Shown: positions 16,408-25,304 of the stretch, piece by piece
Layout of the letters: the number at the start of each line of letters is the position of its first letter
Position numbering within the stretch: position 1 is the first letter of the stretch
Assembly (NCBI GenBank): GCA_021821045.1
Contig: JAKACW010000020.1
Coordinates: 4,487-68,486, forward strand
Direction of reading: 5' to 3'
Length of the DNA: 64,000 nucleotides
Source of the DNA: Pseudomonadota bacterium
GTDB taxonomy: Bacteria > Pseudomonadota > Gammaproteobacteria > JAADHS01
The notes under the pieces: generated by a model
The model's input: only the letters and a program-made list of their open reading frames with translations
Database searches by the model: none
Told to the model about the DNA's origin: nothing
Program-made: the position numbers and the translations under genes

Positions 16408-16616
16408 AAATACCTCCAAAGTTCGTTTGAGTTAGGGTTGAAAATTTCTAGTTAACGCACGCTGTTGTGTCGCGTTACGGCTGATGAAGCAAACGTAATG
16501 CCAACTATGTAAGAGGTTATTTTTGCTGCAGAAAAAGTGTTTCTTGTATGTTTCATGCGGATAAATGTAAAGTTGGCCGACACGTTTTCGCGAGCGCAAG
16601 AGACATTTTTTGGCTT

Positions 16617-17225
16617 TCAGTCTGCTCTCGCTTGTTTCAACGCATCGACGATTTCTCGGCTCAGTTCGGTAACCGCCAGGCTGTGGGCCGCGGCGATCGC
16701 ATCGTAGGTGTCGTCCCGGACGGGCACCGATGTCACGGACTTATGCGTTGGATGAACGGATTCACCGCGATTGTTGCTGATAGACCAACGCGTGACGAGC
16801 TGAACGACGTTGTCGCTGCCCACATCGAAGCGCGACACTTCGATTGAAACGGTGTGATCCGCCTGCTGGCTGCCACGGGCGGGACCGGGGATGACGGCGG
16901 GCGTGTCCGCCAGAGCGGAAATGTTCTCCAATAATACCCGCAGAAAGTTTGTCCGCAGCGGTTCCGCCCAACGATGCGTCTCCGCCACGGCAATGCTGTT
17001 GTCCGATGTGCGGCGGACCATCTGCGCTCGACTCAGATAGTCGGGAAAACCGATCAATGTCACCGCAATGGTGGGCGTTTCCCCGGGTTTGGAGGGCGTG
17101 GCGGTTTCGAGAGAGGGCGCGCTCAACACGTAAAATTTCGAGGGCGGCGTCGTCGCGCACCCGGTGAAAAGCAGTGCCAGTGCGATGCTCCGGACGATCG
17201 GCGAACGGCGGCGGCGATTGTTCAT
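16617..17225 (-). CDS. PqiC-like ABC-transport auxiliary lipoprotein (DUF330 type)
   Basis: Lipobox (LLFTGCATTPP) followed by SKFYVLS, typical of the family. It is the last gene of the MCE-ABC operon, with a 4-nt overlap with the upstream gene. Confidence 0.8.
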   Translation of the reverse strand: MNNRRRRSPIVRSIALALLFTGCATTPPSKFYVLSAPSLETATPSKPGETPTIAVTLIGFPDYLSRAQMVRRTSDNSIAVAETHRWAEPLRTNFLRVLLENISALADTPAVIPGPARGSQQADHTVSIEVSRFDVGSDNVVQLVTRWSISNNRGESVHPTHKSVTSVPVRDDTYDAIAAAHSLAVTELSREIVDALKQARAD

Positions 17226-18214
17226 TTATTTTCTCCCGAGACGGTTTTGCCACGCAGTAGGGCGTCCGGCTGACGTTCCAGCGTATCGGCCAGCGCCCGA
17301 ATCGCGCGCGCGGCGTGGGCAAGCTCTTCCAACGCCGTGGACAAATCGTAGAGCAGCCGCGAGTCCGGCGAGATCGTCTGTCGCGCGGCGCCGATCGCCG
17401 CGGTGGCCTCGTCGGCGGCGCCTCCCAATTTCTGCAGCGCCTGGTCCGCTCGGGAAAAGAGCACGTCGCTATCGTCGAACGCCTTGCGCAGGGACGCCAG
17501 CGTGGCGCGGGTGTCCTGCAAGGTCGCGTCGGTGCTTCTCGCCACGGAGCCAACTTGTTTGTTGATGTCGCGCGCCGCTTGCGCGTACTCGTCCAAGGTG
17601 CCGTTCAGGGTCTGAATGGTGGCATGGAGTTCCGGAGAGTTGACCAACCGGTTCAGCCCCTCCAGTGTGGACGAGGCATCGGAGAGCACTTGTTCCAGAT
17701 TGAACTGCTCCAGCTTCTTGCCCAATTCTTGAATCGGGGTTGGGATGGTAGGAATCTCCGGATATTCCAAGCCTTCGCCAACCCGTCGCATGGGCTTGTC
17801 CGGTTGAAAGTCGAGTTCGATGTACAGCTGACCGGTCAATAGACTTTGCATTTGAAGCTGGGCGCGCAGGCCTTTCGATACCAGCGCGTCCGCGGGAATG
17901 ACCAAACCCGCCTGTTCGATATTGGATCGACTGAGGGACTTGGGATCGATTTCGGCGGTGACGGGTATCCCGATCTCCAAGGTTTCCGGGTCGAGCACCA
18001 TGCGGATGTCGGTGACCGTGCCAACTTTTACGCCGCGAAACATGACCGGTGAGCCGACATTGAGGCCGTTGACCGAACCCTCGAAGAACATGACGACGTA
18101 ATTTTTCGCGCGGAAAAACTCTTGGCCGCCGAACAAGGTGGTTACCACCACGGCCAGGACGATGCCGCCAACGACAAAGGCGCCGATCAACGTGGGGCTG
18201 GCTTTCTTGCTCAC
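17222..18214 (-). CDS. MlaD/MCE-family substrate-binding protein
   Basis: N-terminal TM helix, then an MCE domain (VMFFEGSVNGLNVGSPVMFRGVKVGTVTDI) and a long helical C-terminus. Confidence 0.85.
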   Translation of the reverse strand: MSKKASPTLIGAFVVGGIVLAVVVTTLFGGQEFFRAKNYVVMFFEGSVNGLNVGSPVMFRGVKVGTVTDIRMVLDPETLEIGIPVTAEIDPKSLSRSNIEQAGLVIPADALVSKGLRAQLQMQSLLTGQLYIELDFQPDKPMRRVGEGLEYPEIPTIPTPIQELGKKLEQFNLEQVLSDASSTLEGLNRLVNSPELHATIQTLNGTLDEYAQAARDINKQVGSVARSTDATLQDTRATLASLRKAFDDSDVLFSRADQALQKLGGAADEATAAIGAARQTISPDSRLLYDLSTALEELAHAARAIRALADTLERQPDALLRGKTVSGENK

Positions 18215-18996
18215 GCGGCTTCACCCCGGTTGAGGAACTCCCGCACTTTCGGGTTCGGACTTTGCTCGCGCAGGACGCGCGGGTTGCCCGAGGCGATCAT
18301 GGCGTGGGTCTCGGCGTCGAGCAGGACTGCATTGTCACCGATGGCGAAAATGCTCGGCAATTCGTGGGTCACGACGACCACGGTTGCGCCCAGGCTGTCG
18401 CGAATTTCGAGTATGAGGTCATCGAGGCGCCGGGAGCTGATGGGGTCGAGGCCCGCCGACGGTTCGTCGAAAAAAAGAATTTCCGGATCGAGCGCCATGG
18501 CGCGGGCAAGGCCGGCGCGCTTGAGCATCCCGCCGCTCAATTCGGACGGATAGAATTCCTCGAATCCCGCGAGCCCCACCAGGGCAAGTTTCAATGAAAC
18601 GATTTCGCCGATTTCCACCGCGGACAGGTCGGTATATTCGGTCAGCGGCAAGGCCACGTTCTCGGCCAGGGTCAACGAACTCCACAAGGCGCCGCTTTGA
18701 TACGAGACGCCGAAGCGCCGCTTCATGAGTTCGCGCTCATCGTCCGTGGCGCCCCAAAAATCAACGTCGTGGTATAGCACTCGGCCCTGCATCGGCGTTT
18801 TCAACCCGACCAGGTGGCGCAGCAGGGTGCTTTTGCCGCAGCCGCTTCCGCCCATGACGATGAAGATCTCGCCCGGGTGCACATCGAAACTCAAATCGCG
18901 TTGAACCACGAAGTCGCCGTAAGCCATGGTCAGGTGCTCAACGCGAATGACCGGTTGTTGCGCTTGCTTGACTTGGGCGGGGGCGGCTGCGGTCAT
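18211..18996 (-). CDS. ABC transporter ATP-binding protein (MlaF-like)
   Basis: Walker A (GGSGCGKST), signature (LSGGMLKRAGLA) and Walker B (ILFFDEPSAGLD). The ATG at 18996 overlaps the upstream stop as ATGA. The longer track ORF is an artefactual extension. Confidence 0.9.
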   Translation of the reverse strand: MTAAAPAQVKQAQQPVIRVEHLTMAYGDFVVQRDLSFDVHPGEIFIVMGGSGCGKSTLLRHLVGLKTPMQGRVLYHDVDFWGATDDERELMKRRFGVSYQSGALWSSLTLAENVALPLTEYTDLSAVEIGEIVSLKLALVGLAGFEEFYPSELSGGMLKRAGLARAMALDPEILFFDEPSAGLDPISSRRLDDLILEIRDSLGATVVVVTHELPSIFAIGDNAVLLDAETHAMIASGNPRVLREQSPNPKVREFLNRGEAA

Positions 18997-20168
18997 AGAT
19001 CCAACTTTTGAAACATGATAGTCAGCGCGGAAGCGGCGATGACGATGAATAGGATGGCCGTGACCACCGCGGACGTTGTCGCCTCGCCCACTGCCTGCGC
19101 GCTCCTGCCGCATTGTATACCACGCAAGCATCCGGCGAGCGCGACGAGGATGCCGTAGACGGTGCCTTTGAACATGCCGATCAGAAACTGGCGCAAGTCC
19201 AACGCCCGGACCGTTTGATGGAAATACTCGAATACGCCGATGTCGAACGTGATCGCGCAGACAAACATGCCGGCGAAAACCCCGACGATGCCGCTGTAGA
19301 GGGTTAGCAGGGGCATCATCAGCGCGAGCGCCAAAAGTCGGGGCAGGACGAGAAAATCCATGGGTGAGATGCCCAACGTTTTAAAGGCGTCGATTTCTTC
19401 GTTGACTTGCATGGTGCCCAGTTCGGCGGCGAACGAAGCGCCGGTGCGGCCCGCGACGATGACGCCGGTCATCAGCGCGCCGATCTCGCGAACCATCCCG
19501 ATGCCCACGAGGTCGGCAATGAATATTTGGGCGCCGAATTGTGCCAACTGCATGGCACCCATGTAGGCGAGAATCACCCCGACGAGAAAGCTGATCAACG
19601 AGACGATCGGCAACGCATCCGGGCCGACTTGTTGGATGACCAGATAGAGATCGGTGCGCCTGAATTGCGCCTTGCCGCGCGCGAGCCGCCCCAGGGCAAC
19701 AGTCGCTTCGCCGACGAAGCGCAGCATTTCAGGGAAGCCGCGGGCGATTTCCTGCGCGCGCAATCCGGTGCGGGTCAGAAAGGGGGGGATCTCGCCGTGG
19801 CGGCCGGTGTCTTTCTGGGCCGGCACCGCGGCCGCCAGATCAAGCAGTCTGCGCACGCCTTCGGGTAATCCGCCGCGATCGACGGCGATGGACTTCGACT
19901 TGGCGAACTCAAGAACGCGTCGCGCGAAAATCACTAGACCGGTGTTCCAGGCCGTCACGCCGGCGCTGTCGAAGCGTATCTGCGAGACCGAACTGTCGCT
20001 TGGAAAATGGCGTAGCAAAGCTTCCGAGGACGGGAGATGGTCCGCCGAACGCCAGCTTCCGCCAAGGCGCAATTCGAGTGCGCCATCGCCCGTGCGATTG
20101 CTGGTTAACGTCCATGCGTGTTCCGGCGCATCCATAAGATCGAGATCCAAAGTGGGTGCTTGTCCCAC
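18993..20168 (-). CDS. MlaE-family ABC permease with N-terminal STAS-like extension
   Basis: The C-terminal roughly 250 aa match the MlaE permease pattern (MTGVIVAGRTGASFAAELGTMQVNEEIDA). An N-terminal soluble domain of about 130 aa precedes it. Confidence 0.85.
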   Translation of the reverse strand: MGQAPTLDLDLMDAPEHAWTLTSNRTGDGALELRLGGSWRSADHLPSSEALLRHFPSDSSVSQIRFDSAGVTAWNTGLVIFARRVLEFAKSKSIAVDRGGLPEGVRRLLDLAAAVPAQKDTGRHGEIPPFLTRTGLRAQEIARGFPEMLRFVGEATVALGRLARGKAQFRRTDLYLVIQQVGPDALPIVSLISFLVGVILAYMGAMQLAQFGAQIFIADLVGIGMVREIGALMTGVIVAGRTGASFAAELGTMQVNEEIDAFKTLGISPMDFLVLPRLLALALMMPLLTLYSGIVGVFAGMFVCAITFDIGVFEYFHQTVRALDLRQFLIGMFKGTVYGILVALAGCLRGIQCGRSAQAVGEATTSAVVTAILFIVIAASALTIMFQKLDL

Positions 20169-20187
20169 GGCGCAACTTGGCGCCGTC

Positions 20188-20212
20188 GTGGGAGCGGTTT
20201 CCTACCGCGATT
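20188..20212. repeat. single REP-like unit, variant B
   Basis: GTGGGAGCGGTTTCCTACCGCGATT. Confidence 0.85.
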
Positions 20213-20247
20213 GTCAACCGAGTTCGCCGCCGCCGCTCACTCGCCCG

Positions 20248-21165
20248 CTATTTTGCCATGCATTGGTCCCAATACGGCACGCCCGCGAAACGTTCCACCA
20301 AGAAATCCACAAAAGCGCGCACCCGCCGCGAAAGATGGCGCGTCTGCGGGTACACCGCGTAGGCGTGCATTTCCGACCAGCGATAGTTTTTGAGCAACGG
20401 CACCAATTCGCCGGCTTCGATGGCCCGATAGACAATGAATGTCGGTTGCCGAACGATGCCGTGGCCGGCGATGGCGGCGGCGCGCAGGAAATCGCCGCTG
20501 TTGGCTTTGTGGGCGATGCGCAATTGCACGCGGCCTGCTTGGCCGTGTTCGTCGTGGTAGTCGAGGGTGTGAGGGTCGGGGATGTTGCTATAGGCAAGGA
20601 ATGCGTGCTGCTGCAGTTCCTCCGGTGCGGTCGGCGTGCCATGCATTTTCAAATAATGCGGGCTGGCACATAGAACCTGGGTAATCGGCGCGATGGGGCG
20701 GGCGACCAGGTTTGAATCGGCGAGTTGACCGATGCGTACCGCGACGTCGAAGCCTTCCTGAATCAAATCAACCTGTCGGTCATTGAATTGGATGTCGAAT
20801 TCAACCTTGGGATGCTGGCGCATGAAGTCCGTAATCGCCGGGCTGAGATGGGCGAGTCCAAAAGACAGCGGGACCGTCACGCGCAGTACGCCGGAAAGCT
20901 GGCCGTGCTCTTGGGCAACGGCTTGCTCCGCCTCCTCGAGATCGCACAGGATGCGCACGGCCCGCTCGTAGAAACTCGTTCCCGTGGCGGTCAGACTCAG
21001 CCGGCGCGTGGAGCGCTGCAGCAACTGCGCGCCAAGTTGCCTTTCCAGATCCGTAATACGGCGGCTCACGGCCGATTTCGCCACATTCATGCGCTCGGCG
21101 GCCGCGGTGAAACTGCCGGCGTCGACGACCAAGGTAAATGCCTGTAAGTCTTCAATTTTGAGCAT
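20248..21165 (-). CDS. LysR-family transcriptional regulator
   Basis: N-terminal wHTH (FTLVVDAGSFTAAAERMNVAKSAVSRRITDLE) plus a LysR substrate-binding domain. It is divergent from azoR-pirin. Confidence 0.9.
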   Translation of the reverse strand: MLKIEDLQAFTLVVDAGSFTAAAERMNVAKSAVSRRITDLERQLGAQLLQRSTRRLSLTATGTSFYERAVRILCDLEEAEQAVAQEHGQLSGVLRVTVPLSFGLAHLSPAITDFMRQHPKVEFDIQFNDRQVDLIQEGFDVAVRIGQLADSNLVARPIAPITQVLCASPHYLKMHGTPTAPEELQQHAFLAYSNIPDPHTLDYHDEHGQAGRVQLRIAHKANSGDFLRAAAIAGHGIVRQPTFIVYRAIEAGELVPLLKNYRWSEMHAYAVYPQTRHLSRRVRAFVDFLVERFAGVPYWDQCMAK

Positions 21166-21289
21166 ATTGTTGCGAAATAGAGAACTATTAGTTCAATAAT
21201 CTGATATTTATTCTCATAGTGTCAACCCGTAACCTGTTCACAAGCTCAACGCGGTGAAGGCCGCGACAAACGAAACAACAGGAGACGCC

Positions 21290-21973
21290 ATGATTGACGC
21301 ACCGACCAGAAGACCAGCACAGCCGCCCAGTCGCCCCGCTTCGGATACGCCGCTTCGCGTTCTCAGAGTGGATTCGAGCAGCCGTTACGACGGCTCGGTG
21401 ACTCGCGCCCTGGGGGATCACTTCACGGATGAGTTGCGCCGAGCACACGAGGGCGCTGTGCAGGTCACGCGCCGCGATGTCGCGCAAGGATTGCCGTTCA
21501 TCAACGAAGCATGGATCGCGGCGAACTTCACCCGCGCCGGGGAACGCACCGCCGAGCAGACTGAACACCTGCGGCAATCGGATGCATTGGTGAGTGAGTT
21601 GCAGGATGCCGATGTGATTGTCTTGGCCGTGCCTGTGTATAACTTTGGCATCCCAGCGACACTGAAGGCCTGGGTTGATCTGGTGGCGCGGGCGGGGTTA
21701 ACGTTTCGTTACACCGCCGACGGCCCCGAAGGTTTGCTGCGCGGCAAGCGGGCCTACGTCATACTCGCATCCGGCGGCACGCCGATTGGCGGCGAGATCG
21801 ACTTCGCCAGCAGTTACCTGCGCCACGTATTGGGATTCATCGGCATCAAGGACGTGACAATTTTGGGGGCCGAGCGCTTGAATACCAAACGCGAAGCTTC
21901 CCTGGCGCACGCCAAACAGGACATTGAAAACGCGGTTGCGGCGCTGCGGCGACAGATCGCCCGTGCCGCGTAA
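21290..21973 (+). CDS. azoR: FMN-dependent NADH-azoreductase
   Basis: Flavodoxin-like fold motifs are present (LRVDSSSR, ADVIVLAVPVYNFGIPATLKAWVD). The ATG at 21290 follows AGGAGA. The track ORF starts at GTG 21254. Confidence 0.8.
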   Translation: MIDAPTRRPAQPPSRPASDTPLRVLRVDSSSRYDGSVTRALGDHFTDELRRAHEGAVQVTRRDVAQGLPFINEAWIAANFTRAGERTAEQTEHLRQSDALVSELQDADVIVLAVPVYNFGIPATLKAWVDLVARAGLTFRYTADGPEGLLRGKRAYVILASGGTPIGGEIDFASSYLRHVLGFIGIKDVTILGAERLNTKREASLAHAKQDIENAVAALRRQIARAA

Positions 21974-21991
21974 CACAAGGAGAATTCCACA

Positions 21992-22846
21992 ATGAAACAG
22001 AAATCGATCAAGACCATTGTTCGCCCCACAGCGGTTTCCGAAGGCGCCGGCGTAACGGTACATCGCACCATCGGCACGTCGGCGCTGCGTTTTCTCGATC
22101 CGTTTTTGATGTTGGATCACTTTAGCAGTGATGATCCGGACGACTACATCGCGGGGTTTCCGAATCATCCCCATCGCGGCTTCGTTACGTTTACCTATAT
22201 GCTCGCCGGTCACCTGCAGCACCGCGACAGCATGGGCAACCAGGGCGACTTGCGTGCCGGCGCGGCCCAGTGGATGAAAGCCGCCAGCGGAATTATTCAC
22301 TCGGAAATGCCGCAACAGACCAATGGCCTGATGCGCGGATTTCAGCTTTGGATCAATCTACCGGCGAAAGAAAAGATGACGGCTCCGGCCTATCAGGAGT
22401 TCGCGCCGGATGCTTTTCCCGTGGTGGAGGCGCGCGGCGCCAAGGTACGGGTGTTGATCGGCGATTACAATGGCACCGCCGCGCCGGTCAAAGATCCGCA
22501 CACCCATGCCCAGTTTCTCGACGTCGAACTGGCGGCGAATACGGAGTTCGTGCAGGCGCTGGACGAACGATTCGCGAGCTTTGTCTATGTATTCGACGGC
22601 TCGCTGGAGCTGGGTTCGACGCCGCTGCCGCAGCACACCTTTGCCGCCTTCGGCGAAGGCGATGTGTTGAAACTGCGCGCCGGCAACAAAGGGGGCCGGT
22701 TTATATTTGTTGCCGGTCAACCGATTGGCGAGCCGGTGGTGCAAGGCGGGCCGTTTGTCATGAACACCGAGCAGGAGATTCACCAGGCGTTTGAAGATTA
22801 CAAGAATGGGCGGTTGGTGCAGAAGAAAGCGGAGTTTGTGAGTTGA
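21992..22846 (+). CDS. pirin-family protein (bicupin)
   Basis: FLMLDHFSSD...GFPNHPHRGFVTFTYML...HRDSMGN is the classic pirin metal-site region. Confidence 0.9.
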   Translation: MKQKSIKTIVRPTAVSEGAGVTVHRTIGTSALRFLDPFLMLDHFSSDDPDDYIAGFPNHPHRGFVTFTYMLAGHLQHRDSMGNQGDLRAGAAQWMKAASGIIHSEMPQQTNGLMRGFQLWINLPAKEKMTAPAYQEFAPDAFPVVEARGAKVRVLIGDYNGTAAPVKDPHTHAQFLDVELAANTEFVQALDERFASFVYVFDGSLELGSTPLPQHTFAAFGEGDVLKLRAGNKGGRFIFVAGQPIGEPVVQGGPFVMNTEQEIHQAFEDYKNGRLVQKKAEFVS

Positions 22847-22873
22847 GAATGTGAGTTGTAGGAGCCGAACCAT

Positions 22874-22953
22874 GTGGGAGCGGATCATTCCGCGATTCTT
22901 CGCCCGAATCGTCGACGCCGCCCGACTCCATCGCGGAATGATCCGCTCCCACA
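22874..22953. repeat. inverted pair of REP-like units (variant A)
   Basis: GTGGGAGCGGATCATTCCGCGATT at 22874 and ATCGCGGAATGATCCGCTCCCACA at 22930. The pair lies between convergent genes. Confidence 0.9.
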
Positions 22954-22969
22954 CAAGGGCATGCGATTT

Positions 22970-23536
22970 TTACAGCAGCGCCTTGCCAATCGCGATCACC
23001 CCAAATATCGCGAACAACGCAGCGGCGACTCTGTGCATCACCTGTTTCGGAATCTTGCGCAACAGCGTGCCGCCCACGGCGATGCCAATGGCGGACACGG
23101 CCCATAACGCCAGTGTGCCGCCGACGAACACCGACCACAATGCGCCCGAGCTGGCGGCGAGCGCAATCAAGGCCAGCTGAGTTTTATCGCCCAGTTCGGC
23201 GACGAAAATGAGGGTGAAGCTGGTGACAAACGCGCTGCGCCGTTTGGTGTCGACGTTTTCTTCGTCGTCATCGCTGTCGCGCCACGAACGCCAGGCGAAA
23301 ACCAGAAACAGCACGCCCGCGGCAAGCAATACCGCTTGTTCCGGCAAATAGCGGTACAGCGCCGCGCCCACCAAGACAGCCAGAAGGTTCAGCACTAGAA
23401 AGGCAGAAAATACTCCGGCGACAACCGGCTTTACCGGGTAGCGATGGGCCAGCGTCATGGTCATGAGCTGGGTCTTGTCGCCGAGTTCGGCGAGAAACAG
23501 CAAGAAAAAGGCCGATGCGGCCGCGGAAAAATCCAT
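22970..23536 (-). CDS. GDT1/TMEM165 (UPF0016) family cation transporter
   Basis: Contains two E-x-G-D-K-T motifs (AELGDKTQL twice) in a six-TM protein. The start is at MDFSAAAS (23536). The upstream 48 codons in the track are an extension. Confidence 0.85.
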   Translation of the reverse strand: MDFSAAASAFFLLFLAELGDKTQLMTMTLAHRYPVKPVVAGVFSAFLVLNLLAVLVGAALYRYLPEQAVLLAAGVLFLVFAWRSWRDSDDDEENVDTKRRSAFVTSFTLIFVAELGDKTQLALIALAASSGALWSVFVGGTLALWAVSAIGIAVGGTLLRKIPKQVMHRVAAALFAIFGVIAIGKALL

Positions 23537-23671
23537 GACGTCGTCTCTGACGAAAGCGGCAATTATAGCAGAGAGTTTTTTTCGCTGTTCAAGGAATACG
23601 GGCGGTATACGGCGGCAATCTCGCGGTAGCGCGGATGCGGCGATTGATGATTTAATAGGCGCGCCCAAGCA

Positions 23672-25273
23672 GTGCAACATGGAGTTGGAATGTACAGCGA
23701 GAGCGCCTTTGAATTTCCTCCGATCGACGCTGACTTATATCGACTGATTGTCGAAACAGCCCAGGAAGGGATCTGGACCATCGATCAACAAGGTCTCACG
23801 ACTTTCGTCAATTCCAGAATGGCCGCCATGCTCGGCTATGAGCGGGAAGAGATGCTTGGCAAGCATCTTTTTTATTTCATGGACGAAGAACAGCAAGCGA
23901 TTGCGGCTAACAATATGCAACGCCGCAGGAGCGGCATTCGTGAGCAGCACGACTTTCAGTTTCAGCATAAGAACGGCGAACCGGTGTATGCCCTTTTGGA
24001 AACCGGCCCGTTGTACACCGCCGGTGGCGAGTATATCGGCGCCCTGGCGATGGTTGCCGACATTACCGAACGCAAAAAAGCCCACCAGGCCTTGGTCGAG
24101 CAGGATGCCCGGCTGAAACAAGCCATGCACATCGCCAAGCTTGGTTTGTGGGAATGGGATGTTGCCACGGACCGCACGACCTGGGCCGGCGACATGTTCC
24201 GGATCTATGGCATTTCGCCGCAGGCGTTCACGGGCCGCGGCGAGGACTATCTCGACTTCACCCATCCCGACGACCGCGCGCTGCAACGCGAGAATATTCG
24301 GCTGGCCTTCGACAAGGCGGCGGCCGCCAGCGCCAAATCGGCGGGAGAGGAGGGCGAGGAAACCCGCGTGAGCATCGACCCCAAAGAGTTTCGGATCGTG
24401 CGGCCCGACGACAGCGAATGCATTGTGTTGGGCGATGCGGTCGCGGTGGTCGATCACAAGGGACGGCCACTGCGCATGATCGGGACATTGCTGGACATCA
24501 CCGATCGGCGCCTTGCCGAGCGCGAGCTGCGCCGCCACCGCGAGGATTTGGAACGCATCGTCGCCGAGCGCACCAACCAATTGACCCGCGCCAACGCCGA
24601 ACTCGAGTCGTTTTCCTATTCTGTGTCCCACGATTTGCGCGCACCGCTGCGCTCGATCGACGGTTTCAGTGCCATCATTGTCGAAGAGTGCGGCGATCAT
24701 CTATCCGCCAAGGCGCAGGACTGTATCGGCAGGGTGAGGGCGGCGGCGCAACGGATGGGCAGGCTGATCGACGAGATGCTCGAACTATCGCGCGTTGCCC
24801 GAATCGAGCCGCGCATGATCGCGATCGACGTTTCCGCGCTGGCAAAGGAGATCGTCGAAGAAATCGCGTCGGCGAGCGATGGCCGGCAAGTGGAGGTTGC
24901 GATACAGGACGAACTTGCCGCGCACGGCGATGCTCAATTGCTGCGGCGACTGCCGCAGAATCTGCTCGAGAACGCCTGGAAATATACCTCTAAGAAAGAG
25001 CACCCAAGAATTTGGGTAGGCAGCGAGCGCTATCCGTGGGGCGAGGTGTTCTTCGTCCAGGACAATGGCGCGGGGTTCGATATGGCTTACGCTAAACAAC
25101 TCTTCGGCCTATTTCAAAGGCTGCACGCGGTGGACGAGTTTCCCGGCACCGGCGTCGGATTGGCGAACGCCAAGCGCATAGTCGAGAAACATCACGGTGC
25201 AATTTGGGCCAAGGGTGAGGTCGGCGTGGGTGCAACCTTTTACTTTACCCTCGGCCATACCCCCCCCCGATAA
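23672..25273 (+). CDS. PAS-PAS sensor histidine kinase
   Basis: Two PAS domains, an H-box (FSYSVSHDLRAPLR), and N/G boxes (ENAWKYT, DNGAGF, GTGVGL). Alternative start at 23690. Confidence 0.9.
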   Translation: MQHGVGMYSESAFEFPPIDADLYRLIVETAQEGIWTIDQQGLTTFVNSRMAAMLGYEREEMLGKHLFYFMDEEQQAIAANNMQRRRSGIREQHDFQFQHKNGEPVYALLETGPLYTAGGEYIGALAMVADITERKKAHQALVEQDARLKQAMHIAKLGLWEWDVATDRTTWAGDMFRIYGISPQAFTGRGEDYLDFTHPDDRALQRENIRLAFDKAAAASAKSAGEEGEETRVSIDPKEFRIVRPDDSECIVLGDAVAVVDHKGRPLRMIGTLLDITDRRLAERELRRHREDLERIVAERTNQLTRANAELESFSYSVSHDLRAPLRSIDGFSAIIVEECGDHLSAKAQDCIGRVRAAAQRMGRLIDEMLELSRVARIEPRMIAIDVSALAKEIVEEIASASDGRQVEVAIQDELAAHGDAQLLRRLPQNLLENAWKYTSKKEHPRIWVGSERYPWGEVFFVQDNGAGFDMAYAKQLFGLFQRLHAVDEFPGTGVGLANAKRIVEKHHGAIWAKGEVGVGATFYFTLGHTPPR

Positions 25274-25304
25274 CGCGCTTTGATTCGCGTCGCGGTATGA
25301 CCTT

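Noticed and set aside
16322-16435. Plus-strand reading of the same repeat as a 37-aa polyproline peptide (MPPPIPPPPIPPPMPPPPIPPRPPIPPPINTSKVRLS).
   Set aside because: It has no canonical SD and no downstream terminator. It uses the Ile codon ATA four times, which I would expect to be disfavoured in a GC-rich genome, and it runs into the SD of the opposite strand. The minus-strand frame has GGAGG, correct spacing and a terminator. I kept this reading only as the alternative to be excluded by conservation analysis.
19654-20673. Long antisense or alternative-frame ORFs. Examples: 19654-20673 (+, 339 aa), 48947-50140 (-, 397 aa), 51707-52780 (-, 357 aa), 23735-24700 (-, 321 aa), 16762-17553 (-, 263 aa) and 7830-8531 (-, 233 aa).
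   Set aside because: All lie fully inside better-supported genes with recognisable domains. Their Arg/Pro/Gly/Ala-rich composition is typical of non-coding frames in GC-rich DNA, and they have no motifs.
23537-23671. Possible Mn-sensing yybP-ykoY riboswitch upstream of the GDT1/UPF0016 transporter gene.
   Set aside because: I could not find the conserved riboswitch core elements by eye. The region shows only a sigma70-like TTGAAC ... TATAAT pair with a rather long 19-nt spacer. A covariance-model scan would settle it.
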